Part shown: positions 14,029-25,685 of the stretch, in pieces
How the letters are laid out: each line of letters starts with the position of its first letter
Position numbering within the stretch: the first letter of the stretch is position 1
NCBI GenBank assembly: GCA_000934665.2
Contig: KZ538087.1
Span: forward strand, 62,001 to 126,000
Source: Catajapyx aquilonaris
Taxonomy: Eukaryota
Direction of reading: 5' to 3'
Length of the DNA: 64,000 nt
Position numbers and translations under genes: made by a program
The notes under the pieces: model-generated
Seen by the model: only the letters and a program-made list of their open reading frames with translations
The model's database searches: none
What the model was told of the DNA's origin: nothing

Positions 14029-15944
14029 TACATAGGCTTAAATGGAGTAACACAATGGGGGGATATTATCATGACCACATTAATATCATTAATGTAAGTT
14101 TTAATAAACAATGGGCAACTCGAAAAGTAAGTCACAATCGACCATTGTCTGAAACATTAAAATAAAACTTATCTAAGGTTCCTAAAATGGAAAAATGACA
14201 AATTTGACAGGGATTTTTACTAAACTCGAATATGTAGAACAAAACCGAGTATCGCTTTTTTATCTGACATACTGCAGTTATGAACAACTTCCATTAAAAA
14301 TTGTGGCCATGTCATGAAAAAAAAACTATTCTGGAAGGGACCCTTTGTATACATTCATGTGCAACAAAGCGCGATGCAATAAACACCTGCACACTGTTGA
14401 CATTTCTAATTACGTGAGTGCTAACAGGACATAACTAATAAAACATATACTGTACCATTTGGGATGGCTTCACCTAATTGCCTTGTTGAGTTTGTCACAA
14501 ATAATGCATAATTGTGGCACTATTCCACACAACAACACTGCACAACTAATTACACATTTCACCCCCAAAAAACGACCAAACAATACACTCTGAATCGCAA
14601 CAATACCCCAATGTGGCCTAGCTCATTTGTGCCCAAATCCTCACCTTTTGTCCCCCATCCAGGTTATGACGTCTCTTAAAGTAAACGCAGCAAACTATGC
14701 ACCATCCGAGCTTAGTACTGCGCCCCATAACCCATTTACGGCCCAAGTACAGGAGTAGTGTCTATGAATTAGTTGAAGGGCCCTTTGAGTTGGCAGCCAA
14801 GTGCAATCCAATTATGAAGAGGCCACATGTAGTACTCAGTAGTTAATTGAATCCCAAGCCCATTTACATTAGTTCGACCCAACGGCAGCAAACGCCGTCC
14901 ACGTCCAGCAGTTTGGAAGCGCGTTGAATGCGAGGGCCTCCGACACACAATCAAGTTAATTGGGCGAAGGGGAAGGAGGGAATCAAGCAGGGGAAGGCCG
15001 GGAAGGAAGGAGAGGGAGCCCAGCCAGGAAGAGGGAGCCGGTACGGTAAAATGCTGCTGGGAGAATGGACAAGGAGGGGGGGGGGGGGNGGGGAGACCCA
15101 CGGTCTTGGCATGCTCGTGTAATATCTAGGACTGTGGGAAAATGGGCCTGGGACAGCTGCTCGTCTTGTCACCAAGGAGATTGAGAAGGGGGTGGCTTGC
15201 AGTGGACCGACGGTAATTCATGGATCGAACGGTGGTGGCACTGCGTGGCATTGTTGTTGTCATTAATAGGCTTAGTCATGAGTGTCTGACTTGGGGTGAT
15301 AACGGACCGGCACGTGGACTGCAGACTGGACATCTAATTCTGGAATCCTAATCTCAAGATTGTCATCCTGGCCTTGCTGGACTGCTATAGGAGTTGGAAC
15401 GGTGGGCGATGTCGATATGAATTGACTCGGGCCATCAATTCTTGATTGTTGCGGGCAAAAATGTGCCATTTTGGTACTGATTGTACGGGTTTTCATGTCA
15501 CATAAATGAGATAGATAGAGGGGAAGGAAATCCAACATTTATCAGCATTATTTATTTAGTTGATGTGGCAATGGCATGCATAGCGCAAGTCTGCTTTGCT
15601 ACAATCTTAGCCTATTTAAAATGAAAATATATAGATTTAAAATAACATGGATGGCGTTTTCTCGTTTCAGAAATGATTATGATGAATTATCAGAGTGTGA
15701 ATATTTATGAACAATTGGACATAAATATGTACCGTTACATAGCCTACTCCACTAAGTTATAAATGACGTTGCTATTGGTATTGTCACAATTTCAGAAGTG
15801 ACAAAAATAGTTGGAACGTCAACAGTCCCTGTGTCTACACTACTGAAGTTAGACCTACATGAAGTCCTACACACGAACAACATTATTATTGAGATAAGTG
15901 ACCACCCTTTTCTTACGGTGATAGATATCATTAACTTCAGAATT

Positions 15945-16105
15945 CTACCTCATTCCATTACCATTCCCCCCTTACAACCAAGTCCATTCACATTCCATTC
16001 AGTTCCCATTTCCGTGCGATACCGTCACTCCCCATCATTTCCAATTTCCAATTCCAGTCGCATTCATTTGCCATTTGTTTCAATTTGTCATTCACTTCCA
16101 TTCCA
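15945..16105 (+). repeat. Degenerate (CCATT/CATTC)n low-complexity tandem repeat
   Basis: cattccattaccattccc...ccattcacattccattcagttcccattt...ttccaatttccaattcc...ttccattcc. Confidence 0.65.
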
Positions 16106-16227
16106 GCCTGGAAGTAAAAGATGCATTACAGTGACTGTTATATGATTTTAAAGAACTTGGTTAAAAATATTGTCGTTCTTAACTGAAATAAATGTTGTGA
16201 TTTAGTATGTGTGCATCACTACCCCTA

Positions 16228-16645
16228 CACGGAGTGTTTCATAATGATCGAGACAAACTTCTACAGGATAAACTCCTAGTCACCAGAATGTCACGTAAAA
16301 TAGATGCATAATTTCGTTCATTTGGTCTCTGCAAACAAACGCTATAATCCTCATAAAACATCCTGGCAGGTATATGCGTCTCTCATTTAGACCGAGCTTT
16401 GTAAATTTAAAATCTAAATGGCCGGGCGATTTTAATTAAAACTAGAATCTTATTAGGTGTAACAGGCAGTCGCTGAGGGCGATGGAAGTGTCAAAGGCTG
16501 TATTCGCGACATGAGAGGTGGTGTAATGTACTGTTAGATTAATGGTCATTTTCTCAATAACGAGACCAAATGACACCATTACACATAAAATTATCCTCTA
16601 GTCAACAGGCGTTCGTTTGAATAATAGATTACTAAACACCAACTC
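16228..16645. mobile_element. Decayed Tc1/mariner-type MITE, family A copy 2
   Basis: Left end GGAGTGTTTCATAATGATCGAGACAAACTT. Internal inverted pairs are TCATTTGGTCTC (16318-16329)/GAGACCAAATGA (16562-16573) and CTACAGGATAA/TTATCCTCTAG. Collinear homology with 1683-2057. Confidence 0.7.
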
Positions 16646-19600
16646 AAATAGTACCATTCACACTTCAACTCATCGGCCATGAATTATAGTTCTAAATAAA
16701 ATCTCATTTGAGATTTGGTAGTGGCCATCAGTGCTCTCCAGACATGTAGCAGCTGTCACGTCTTGTCGGGTATGTTTCATATCCCATGACTGCTGAATAA
16801 TATGCCTATACATCACTTCAGCAACGGACATGTATGGTCTCTCTCTGAATCGACCCTTGCGCTTTGGCTTTCAACTTCGAGGGCTAATCAAGCGGTCAAC
16901 TTCCACTCTGAGAGACTTGTGGCGGCTGAATTGAATTGGCAAAAAAAGAAAAAAAAAAGCTAATGGTATAGACCTCGCATGTTATATGATTGCCTGAATG
17001 GACCTTGAAGTCTAGTTTCAGTGTATCTGCGACAAGGTTGTATCTGATAGTCCATTAGTTCATCCAAGTAAATAGGCACGTACTGTACTTTTGCAGGTAT
17101 TCAACTGCCCCTATAGAATAACATCACGACATTTTCCTATAAAAGAAGTTGTCAGGGGACGAAGGATAGGCAAGTTAGTTCTAAAAATAGCATTTTTGTA
17201 TATACTCTCCATATAAAAATATGATAAGTACAGTGTGGATAAATAGACATATCCAGTGCAATATGATACACAAGTCTGTTTATGCACCTTGTGGTTGGTG
17301 CACCTTCGGCCTTCGGTGCACGCGGTAATGGTACCCGTAGCGAGCAGTAACTGTACAGGAGCGCCACCTGGCAGCGTGTGGAGCACCCTCTAGCCTCTAC
17401 AGCATGATAAGCGCTGCAGTAATGGCATGACGCCATTGAAAGCTCCATTTTTATGACACATGTTACCTTAGATATTCATTAATGACATTTTTGGAATTGT
17501 GGCCAAGTTCACCCGGCCGGCCAACGTCACCCCATTTGATGCGGTACTGAATTTGAAGGAAATGATGCAAGTCGTAAAAAAAATCAACCGCGCACTGTGC
17601 TTACCACACAATATTTTGTCTCTATAGGCAAGCCCTAGAAGTTTTTCTTTCTTTCTGTAACCCACTCCCAGGTTGCTAGAAATGTTTAGAATCTCCCTTT
17701 ATCATTGACGTCATTTCGAGCTCCGGTTGGCGTCGTCTCCTATGTCAATAAATCGCATTTTGTGCTTGCCCCATGACGTCTCTCTCCCCACTCACTGAAT
17801 CAGGTGACGCTTGTTTCAACAGTGGCCGGGGTAATAAAATCTCGCACATTCAAATGGTAGTTCGAGAAGAAGCAATTTCATTCCTTTCTTTCGATCTAAT
17901 AGTACTGCTCAAGGCGAAGATGACTCACGTAGTCACTTGGAATGGGCAATACACCTAGTAGTGTACAACATGTAACGATTCTTACAAACATTGGTTCATA
18001 AGGCACCATATCCGAGGTTGTATCAGTTAATTACAAGTAGTTACTTATCTACATTGTACGGCATGGTTTTGTTCATGGAAGACGAAGAAGGCAGACTATG
18101 AGTCATGGAAAATGTAAGAAAAGGGGAGAACCCTAGAATTTCACGCAAGCATGAAAAGCACTCTGGTCGTTATCCAGGAAGTAAAGTGAAAGCTGAAGGG
18201 GAGTATCTCCTTCTTCCTACAATACGTGCAATGTCAGTATGGGTTCAGTGAAACTGTAATTCTTCCATTTCAATCAACTTCTTGGAAACTTTTGAACTTC
18301 TCTTGATACCTTACGTAGTCGGTCTCGCATGCGTAACTTAATGGCAGCTTCTTGGCTTATAAAGAAAGCCAAACTTGAGGAACTTTGGAAAAATACTCTT
18401 CCTTTTTTCATTTCTTCTCAAAAACAGTTCCTTTCATTCATTATAAATCTTTATTGGTAGAACTGTTTTATACTTTCTGACAAGGGATGGCAAGATATGG
18501 ATTGACAGATTATATTAGTTATTAATTTTCGTAGTTTAATTGATAGGTGTAATTTGAAATAATGCAGGTCCGGCAAATATATTCAAGAGGCGTAAGTATA
18601 GATAGGGACAATGAACCGAAACCGAACTGAAAACATGTGTACCAGTAACTAATCAATAATTTACTATTATAGAATCTGCAATATTGAACTCGGTCGGGTT
18701 TTTGTACATGTCACAAAACACTGTGGTAATGACAAATTAATATTTGGTGGATTACGTTATAAGCCTGGAAATAAAAGAATAAAGAACACCCCCATGTCAT
18801 CACCACCATAAATACTAGATATGAACAATAAAAGGGGAGGTTCTTCGTCTTATTTCAATTAACCTTGTCCTTGGTCAACAGACTAGTTAATGGCCTTCCC
18901 CTGTAATAATGAGGTCCCAGCAATTTTGCAGCCATATCTGTACCGCTCCCATCTCCTTTTATTGCACGTTCACAACTTGAATGTGGTGATGACGAGGGGG
19001 AGGAATTCAGCCCCTAGTTTGTTTTCAGGCTCAGCATGTGATCCACGCGACAAGCGATATACAGGTCAGTACTACAGTACAAATCCAACAGTGTTAAAAG
19101 CAATCTGATTATGACTTTGGCTCAAATGTTCGTAATTTCCCGGACGACTTGCTAAAGAAACAAGTAAAAAACCTTCACTATTGTATACTATTGCATGAAA
19201 GAAATCAATCATTTCTTGTGCTCACCACTGTGCATGTTCACAGCTTTGATGTTCTCAAAAGTTGGAAGGCAACACGAGGGGAACCTGATTCAATACCATG
19301 ATTGAGGTGAATGTGGTTGGTGTGGGCGATACCTTTCAGTACATTGTATACAACCTGTCCACCAGAACTCATCGCTGCCAGCAGGTTGCCTTTCATTCTG
19401 ACTGGTAATATTATTTTGAGCATTTAGGTATGTAGGGTATTTCATACTGCTGGAAAACTTGGGATTATATAGGCTATACGTGTCGACTGCAATTCCTCAA
19501 GAAATAAATGACTTCGGAGCAACCCTCTTGTTTAAAGGTGGCAAAGCCTGGAGGGTTGATTGAAATATCGAACCTTGGCTTCCTTCCCCGCATGCTAGGG

Positions 19601-22600
19601 ATGCGCTTACTTCGTTACATTACAGACCGTGCGTGACTTCACTAGGGAAGCTGCTTTGCCCTCCACTGTAGTAGTTAGAGACTGCACTATTTTGTAATCC
19701 CGTCGGATCTTCTTGGCCGTATATATAAAAATACAAGTTGTCCTTCCCGAACTAACGACGCGACACTTAACCCTTCAGGTGCTCTCGAAAGAGTGACTTT
19801 TTTTACCCCCTGGTGGCTCCCAAAGGCGTGGTAGTTAACAATTTTCCACACAGCCCTTTAGCAGCCCCGGTTGAACCATCGACAGGCCATAGAAGAAACA
19901 CTTCTGGCTCGAGTTTTAAAGGCTCTTTTTTTCCCCCCCTTCTCCCCAACAACCTCGCCCGGAATGGTTCAGTAGTTCTTGCACAAGTGGAGGAAGCGAA
20001 ATGTTGTCCCATCTCTTCCTCCTCGCCCCCCAACTTTTTTATGCAGGAATCTTTTTAACATCAGTTTTCGTTCCCCAAAGGTGAAAGTTGGAAACTGGTT
20101 CTTTTTTTTTATCCCTGGGAAAAGCAGCCTTCTGCGTTCGATGAGGCTTTTCCTATTTTCCCCGGCCGCCCAAGGCCCTCAACTTGGGAGAGACCCGCAC
20201 TTCATCATCACTCAACTATTTCCAGACAGCTTCCACGCTGCAAAGATTTTATCTGACTGCTTACATGCTGGAGTAGACCTTCTATTCGCCGGGCCAACAT
20301 CGCAGTCTGGACAGCTATGTATTTAATCCGGGCAGGTTGATGCAGTTATCGATCATAGGCCCTACCCACCCCCGCTTTCCCCTACTCTTCCCATCCCACC
20401 CCTATGTCAGAAGCGCAGAGGCTACGTGCTTACCTTCAATTTTGCTTGTGTGCACATCCTATGCAGGTATAAGGACCTAATCCATGGCTGGAAGCTCCGG
20501 GTTCACGATCCGTCTTGTCAAAAGTGTTTTCTGTGCCGAAATAGGTGAAAGGCATGTATTGCAAAGGTGGTTGCAGCCTCTCCAGGAAGAAAAAAAAAAG
20601 TTGGTTGTTAACGTTAATCGCTCCTCGCGCAAACTTTGTGGCGGTTTTAATAACAAATCAGGTGGGGAGTAAAGTTGTGCCGGAGCGATTACCGGTGATG
20701 AAAAGGGCCTGTCGACACGAACCAAATAACGAGTGTGGGGCACGCCCCGAAAACCCGTGGAAGGAAAAGGAGGCAGGGGGGGGAAAAGTCAAGGGGGAAA
20801 ACCGAAGCACGCCATTTTGGACATCCCTGGGACCTCCAATTAGACCTTTTCATTTCCGGCCTGGCACGTGCATGGTCGTGCGTCCAGTGCGACCTCTCCT
20901 CTAATTGGGCCCGACAACTGGGGACTAGTTTTTGGGGTGGTCGATCCAAGTGCCTCGAGGTGATGGGGACACATTTTCACGGTCAGACTTGGGTCCGCTC
21001 CTTTGGGAACTGCATAGCGCGCCAAATGAACCCTCCTTCCTGATTAGGCGCCGGCGCCGCTTAACTCTGTCGCCGCCGCCTTTGCACAGGTGAATCTAAT
21101 TATTGTCTCTCGGTTTAGATGGTGTCGCGCCCCTCCTCCCCCTCTTAAATAGGACAAGAGGGAGTCCAGATTCATGGTGGGGGGAAATGGACAGCAGCAG
21201 AATATCGCTTGACAAATGTTTCTGTCGCGAGGCCAAATACATTCGCGGCGGTGATGCAGGAGACAGTCGGCTGAAAATCGGTCGTTTGCATCCAGGCCCG
21301 TTTAGAGCTGACATGTTGGCAAGATTAGTTGTGCATTGACGGTACGCCATCGGCACGTTTTCCCAGGGAAATCTGGGTGGAAAAGTGGGGGAGAAAATAT
21401 TTATAATCACTTTTAATGCTGGGCAGGATCGCATTTCACTTATTATTGGTCGTAAAGCGGGGAATAATGCCTGGTTGGGTGTGCGACTGTATTTATACAC
21501 CCGGTTGTTGAAAGGACATGACGCGTATATATAGTGCGCTCGTCAGAGTGTAGCAACAAGCAATTTTCCAGCGGCATGTTTACCTCCTTTAGCAGTGTTT
21601 ATTTGCGTGTTTGATAGGCATTGAGGCAAGGCAGCTGCCACTGGTTGTCTCCGACGTAGTTGGCGCCTCCGGCCTAAGTCAACAACGGCGCCGGAGTGAA
21701 ATATGGCCACATCCCGACTGCCAAATGCCCGAGCAACCACAACGATTCTACGTCTAACGTGTTTGAATGCTTCCAATTTGGAGGCCATCATTGTTAATGG
21801 CAACCCCCTCAAAATAGTCGCGTTTTGTGCGCGGAACTACTAGGGCCACTCGTATGAAGCATGTGTATGTCAACGGCCGCTAGGAGCAGGCAGGTCGAAA
21901 CAGGTCCCATCTTGTCACAGTCGGTATGCCCATGCGCGACATCAGCAATCGTTGACCGACAAAGCGGGTATGCGGTATAAATGCTGTTCACAAAGAAGAG
22001 CCTAGTGTCATTCGATTTTGGATTGGCAGAACACATGCATGAACCGCACACACTGGCGTTCCTAAACGATTGATGGATGAAACGGTGTCCTTCCCGGCCC
22101 CGTCTCTCATCTATAGTGTCGTAAGTGGAGAGTCGATTTGGGCCGTCGGCGTGCAGCAAAGGACAAACGGCTTCCATTCATACGGCGCATTATTGCCCCT
22201 GCATTATGCACCGGCGCAATATCAACAATGTTACCGTTTCATTTGACTGACCCTTACATGTTGGCTCTCGTGTCACATTTCCGACCAGGAGAGCAATACA
22301 GTATACATCTAATTACAACGAATAGTCGCCGGAGCCGGCCATGTTTTGTCGTAAACGCTTCGGAGTTGTCCATTATAGAATGTGGTGGAATAGAGCAGTA
22401 AACGGGCGCCGAAGCCCTTTCACCTTATAGGAATTGTACCTCGTAAAATTGCTACCGGCGGGAATTATTCGGCTCGAAACCTAACTGCTATAGTCCGGCA
22501 ACCGGAGCAAGAAAACTGCGGGCTCCTTTTTTATTGGCTCATGAATTCTGGTTGGCCAGCAACACTGCAAGCCATTTCCAGTGTCTATGTAATATTGACT

Positions 22601-24637
22601 GGGGAAGGAGGGAGAGGGGGGTACTATAGCCGGGGCTATAGAGCGCGTTCCGCCCCGCTTGATTTTTCTCTACGCTGCACTTTTCCCAAATACGCTTTGC
22701 TAAATCATCGGGTTGGCACCGAGATGTGTTGTAGTGCCCTTGCCCGGTTGCGCCAAAACAGTATCTGGGTCAACGCAGTCGAAAGTAGGCACCCACCCTT
22801 GCCCCTTTTGTGTGTATCTACAGCAGATGATGCCAGCCATTATTGTGGAGGTTAGAGGCAGTAAAATTTAATTGTCCGGCCAGCCATGAAATACGAGCCT
22901 GCACGACTTGGCGAAACTCTGTACCCATACACGGACTCCGTAATGTAGCGTAACACTGATCATTCCGAGCCTTGATTTGTAGCCATCAGCCCCGGTAATG
23001 CGTGTGTCAGTCAGGTGCTCTCAACCGTGCCACCCGTCGCCCAGAGAGCTGCCAGCACATGTATGCAAAGTTTCCTGAGCAATGACCAGCTCGGTTATGA
23101 TATATTCGAACAATGGGCTTGTCAACCAAAAGGTCACTCCTCTCTGGTGCCAGGAGATATGGACCCTCCTTGGTCATATTCCCCCTAGAAAAGCTGCTCT
23201 TACACACAGGCCGACGCCTGCGTTTGAATGTCGATTTTCAGCCTGGCTTGTTTCTCCCCTCGCCTGATGCTGCCGCCTGTACCATGCCAGCTAATTGAAC
23301 GCACTTCCGGGTTCTTTTTCTTTCCAGAACCATGCGCCAAACCCCCGGCTACCTGAAACACAGAATCATGTCAGAAAAGCTGATTACCACTAAAATAATC
23401 CAAGGCGCTCCCTGGCTATTCTCAGCACTGATCAGGCACAAGAGAAGCTTTTTTTCCAAGGGTTGGGGGCAACCAACGGTAGTCTAGGCCAAGAAAAAAA
23501 CCAGTGTCCGTTTGTCTAGGCGGCAGATTCTTGGGGATTGGAATCCAGGCCCGTTTATCCGTCTGGCTCTGATTTGGTGACAGAGAAGAACTGAAGTTGG
23601 AAGCCCGGAGAAGATGCTTACGGTGGATGCCGCCGCCTGCTGCTGCTTCTTCTGTGGGCTTATTTGCACTCTGCCTCCACCATATCTCAGCTGCTGCCTG
23701 TTAATCTGACTACTCTTTGAATGAGGCCCCCCCTCACATCGATTGCGAAGATTCCCGCTCTATTGATTCCTAATCCGGCCAGCCTGGATGGATGAGTTGA
23801 ATGGCCCCCCCATGCCTGCCTGTCCCCCCAAAAGTAGCGCATGTGACACACTAGCTTATGTGCATATTATGCGGCAAAAGGTGCGTTTGATTTATTCATT
23901 TGTGTGCGTGCCTGAGTCAATTGTAGGCCGGATTTCAAAGAGCAGTGTTTGAATGGGATTTTCTTGTGGCGACCGGGTTGTATTAAAGGCTTCTCGCATC
24001 TATGACAGCCTTCTAAGCCCAGACCTAGAAAATGGAGGAAGCGCCAGTGCTACGGACTGACAGCCAGGACTTAGAGTCCAATGCTTTCGAGGATCATAGG
24101 ATCAACACACTGACGGCTCAGGTTTGATTGGAAAATAAGAGGCTGATGGTCGCACCTGTAACGCAGGTCTGCGGGTTCAAACCAAATTGTTTGCAGCTCT
24201 TTGTGCAGCCAGGTATGGGACCAGACCTAAAAGAGGCTTGCGGTGGACGCGATTTTCACGGTGTATCGATTTGTGCTGGCATCCCCCCCCCACNGCGACC
24301 CCCCCCCCCTCTCTCTCTCTTTTTTGATTATAATTAATAATGAAAATGAGATATTTATAAAACGGCCACCGGGAGTGTCTGTTTCCCACAAAGCTTTACG
24401 GACCCGTAAAACTGCTCTTGGGAGATTTGTGGAAATGTTTTCCCCCCGGACTTTGCCATTGTTTAGTTGTTAAAAATAACGCCGAGGGTTTTTGGGAATG
24501 AGAGCAGTTCTTGGCCGGCAGGGTTTTCCACAAGAAAAGCAGGAAATATGGCTGTTGCTGGAGTGCGGCCTGGGGAATTGTTGGGGGTATTCTTTTTCAG
24601 GAGTTGTTGACCTGGAACTCCCTTCTCTGAAACGATA

Positions 24638-24658
24638 TGTGTGTGTGTGTGTGTGTGT
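24638..24658 (+). repeat. (TG)n microsatellite
   Basis: About 10 TG units; source of the CVCVCV/HTHTH ORF artefacts. Confidence 0.95.
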
Positions 24659-25632
24659 ATGGAGGGGCTCCCCGTCATTTTATCCCCCACTCATATTCGA
24701 TTTTCGCCCGGAGTGACGGTTTTCCACGCGGTTATGTCGTCCCTGTCATTAAAAACGGATGGAATAAAGGTTATGCCTTTGTCGCCCATGCCATCAGATT
24801 TGAGCCGGACAGTTGTCGCTCACATATTGATAAGGCCATTATTATTGCATTATGCGGAAGAGCCAAGGTAGGTTTTTTTTAAAGGCTTTGTGGTGGTAAT
24901 ACACTACAAGTATTTGTCGTTTGGTTGGGTATATAGGCTGTCAGAGCAATTATGGTGGGCCGCAAACGTTTTCTGGACGAGATCAGTGGCTTGGAGTGGG
25001 CTTTTTTTTTTTTTTTAATGGCTTGACTGCTTTGGCAACAAGCTAGCTTTGGCTTTTATTCACAGGACAGTCGGTGTCACGCAATCTCGGCGCAACATGC
25101 CAGATGGATCAGTTACCTCTCGGCTCGACACACGCGATTTGGTCAAAGGGGTGCAAAAGGAGTGGAGACTGTTGAATGCACTCAAGCCGTTAAGAAGAAA
25201 TTTTTATAGGGCGTCGTTAATCTAGTCGGTTCTCGCCTCATTCGTTTTTGCGTTGAGAAAGGTCTGAAGGAGAAAATTTGAATGCAAGATTGCCCTTTGT
25301 GATAATTAGCATATTACCCGCTCTCTGATACATGCGAGAGAGAACAGATAAAGAGAAGACGTTGCTAGAATTTCTAGAGCGAATTGCCTGAATGACTGCA
25401 AGGTCTATCGGAATTTAAAAAGTAGGCTGCACTAATGTCATTGAGAGGTTATTAATTTTGTTCGAATACGCCGTATGAAATGGCGGAGGTCATTTTAGGA
25501 ATTGAGGTAAGTGCCTTTTTAACACAGCAAGCCGCTGGTACAAGCTCTGGTCGCGGAATCGGACGTACTCTACATTTTTGCATATTAGAATAATGATTTC
25601 CATATCACTTGCACTGCAGGCCATGCGGATCA

Positions 25633-25685
25633 TTTATATCTGAATTTTCAGAATTGAGCTCACATGAGTATTGGTAAAAATCTCG
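25633..25685 (+). repeat. Dispersed repeat fragment, family B copy 1 (probable MITE interior)
   Basis: TTTCAGAATTGAGCTC ... GGTAAAAATCTCG is shared collinearly with 44339-44394. A TIR-like end CATTTTGAAACACCGTA lies downstream at about 25825-25841. Confidence 0.55.

Noticed and set aside
19240..19410. Exon-like segment bounded by ttcacAG and GTAATA
   Set aside because: No recognisable protein similarity and no partner exons.
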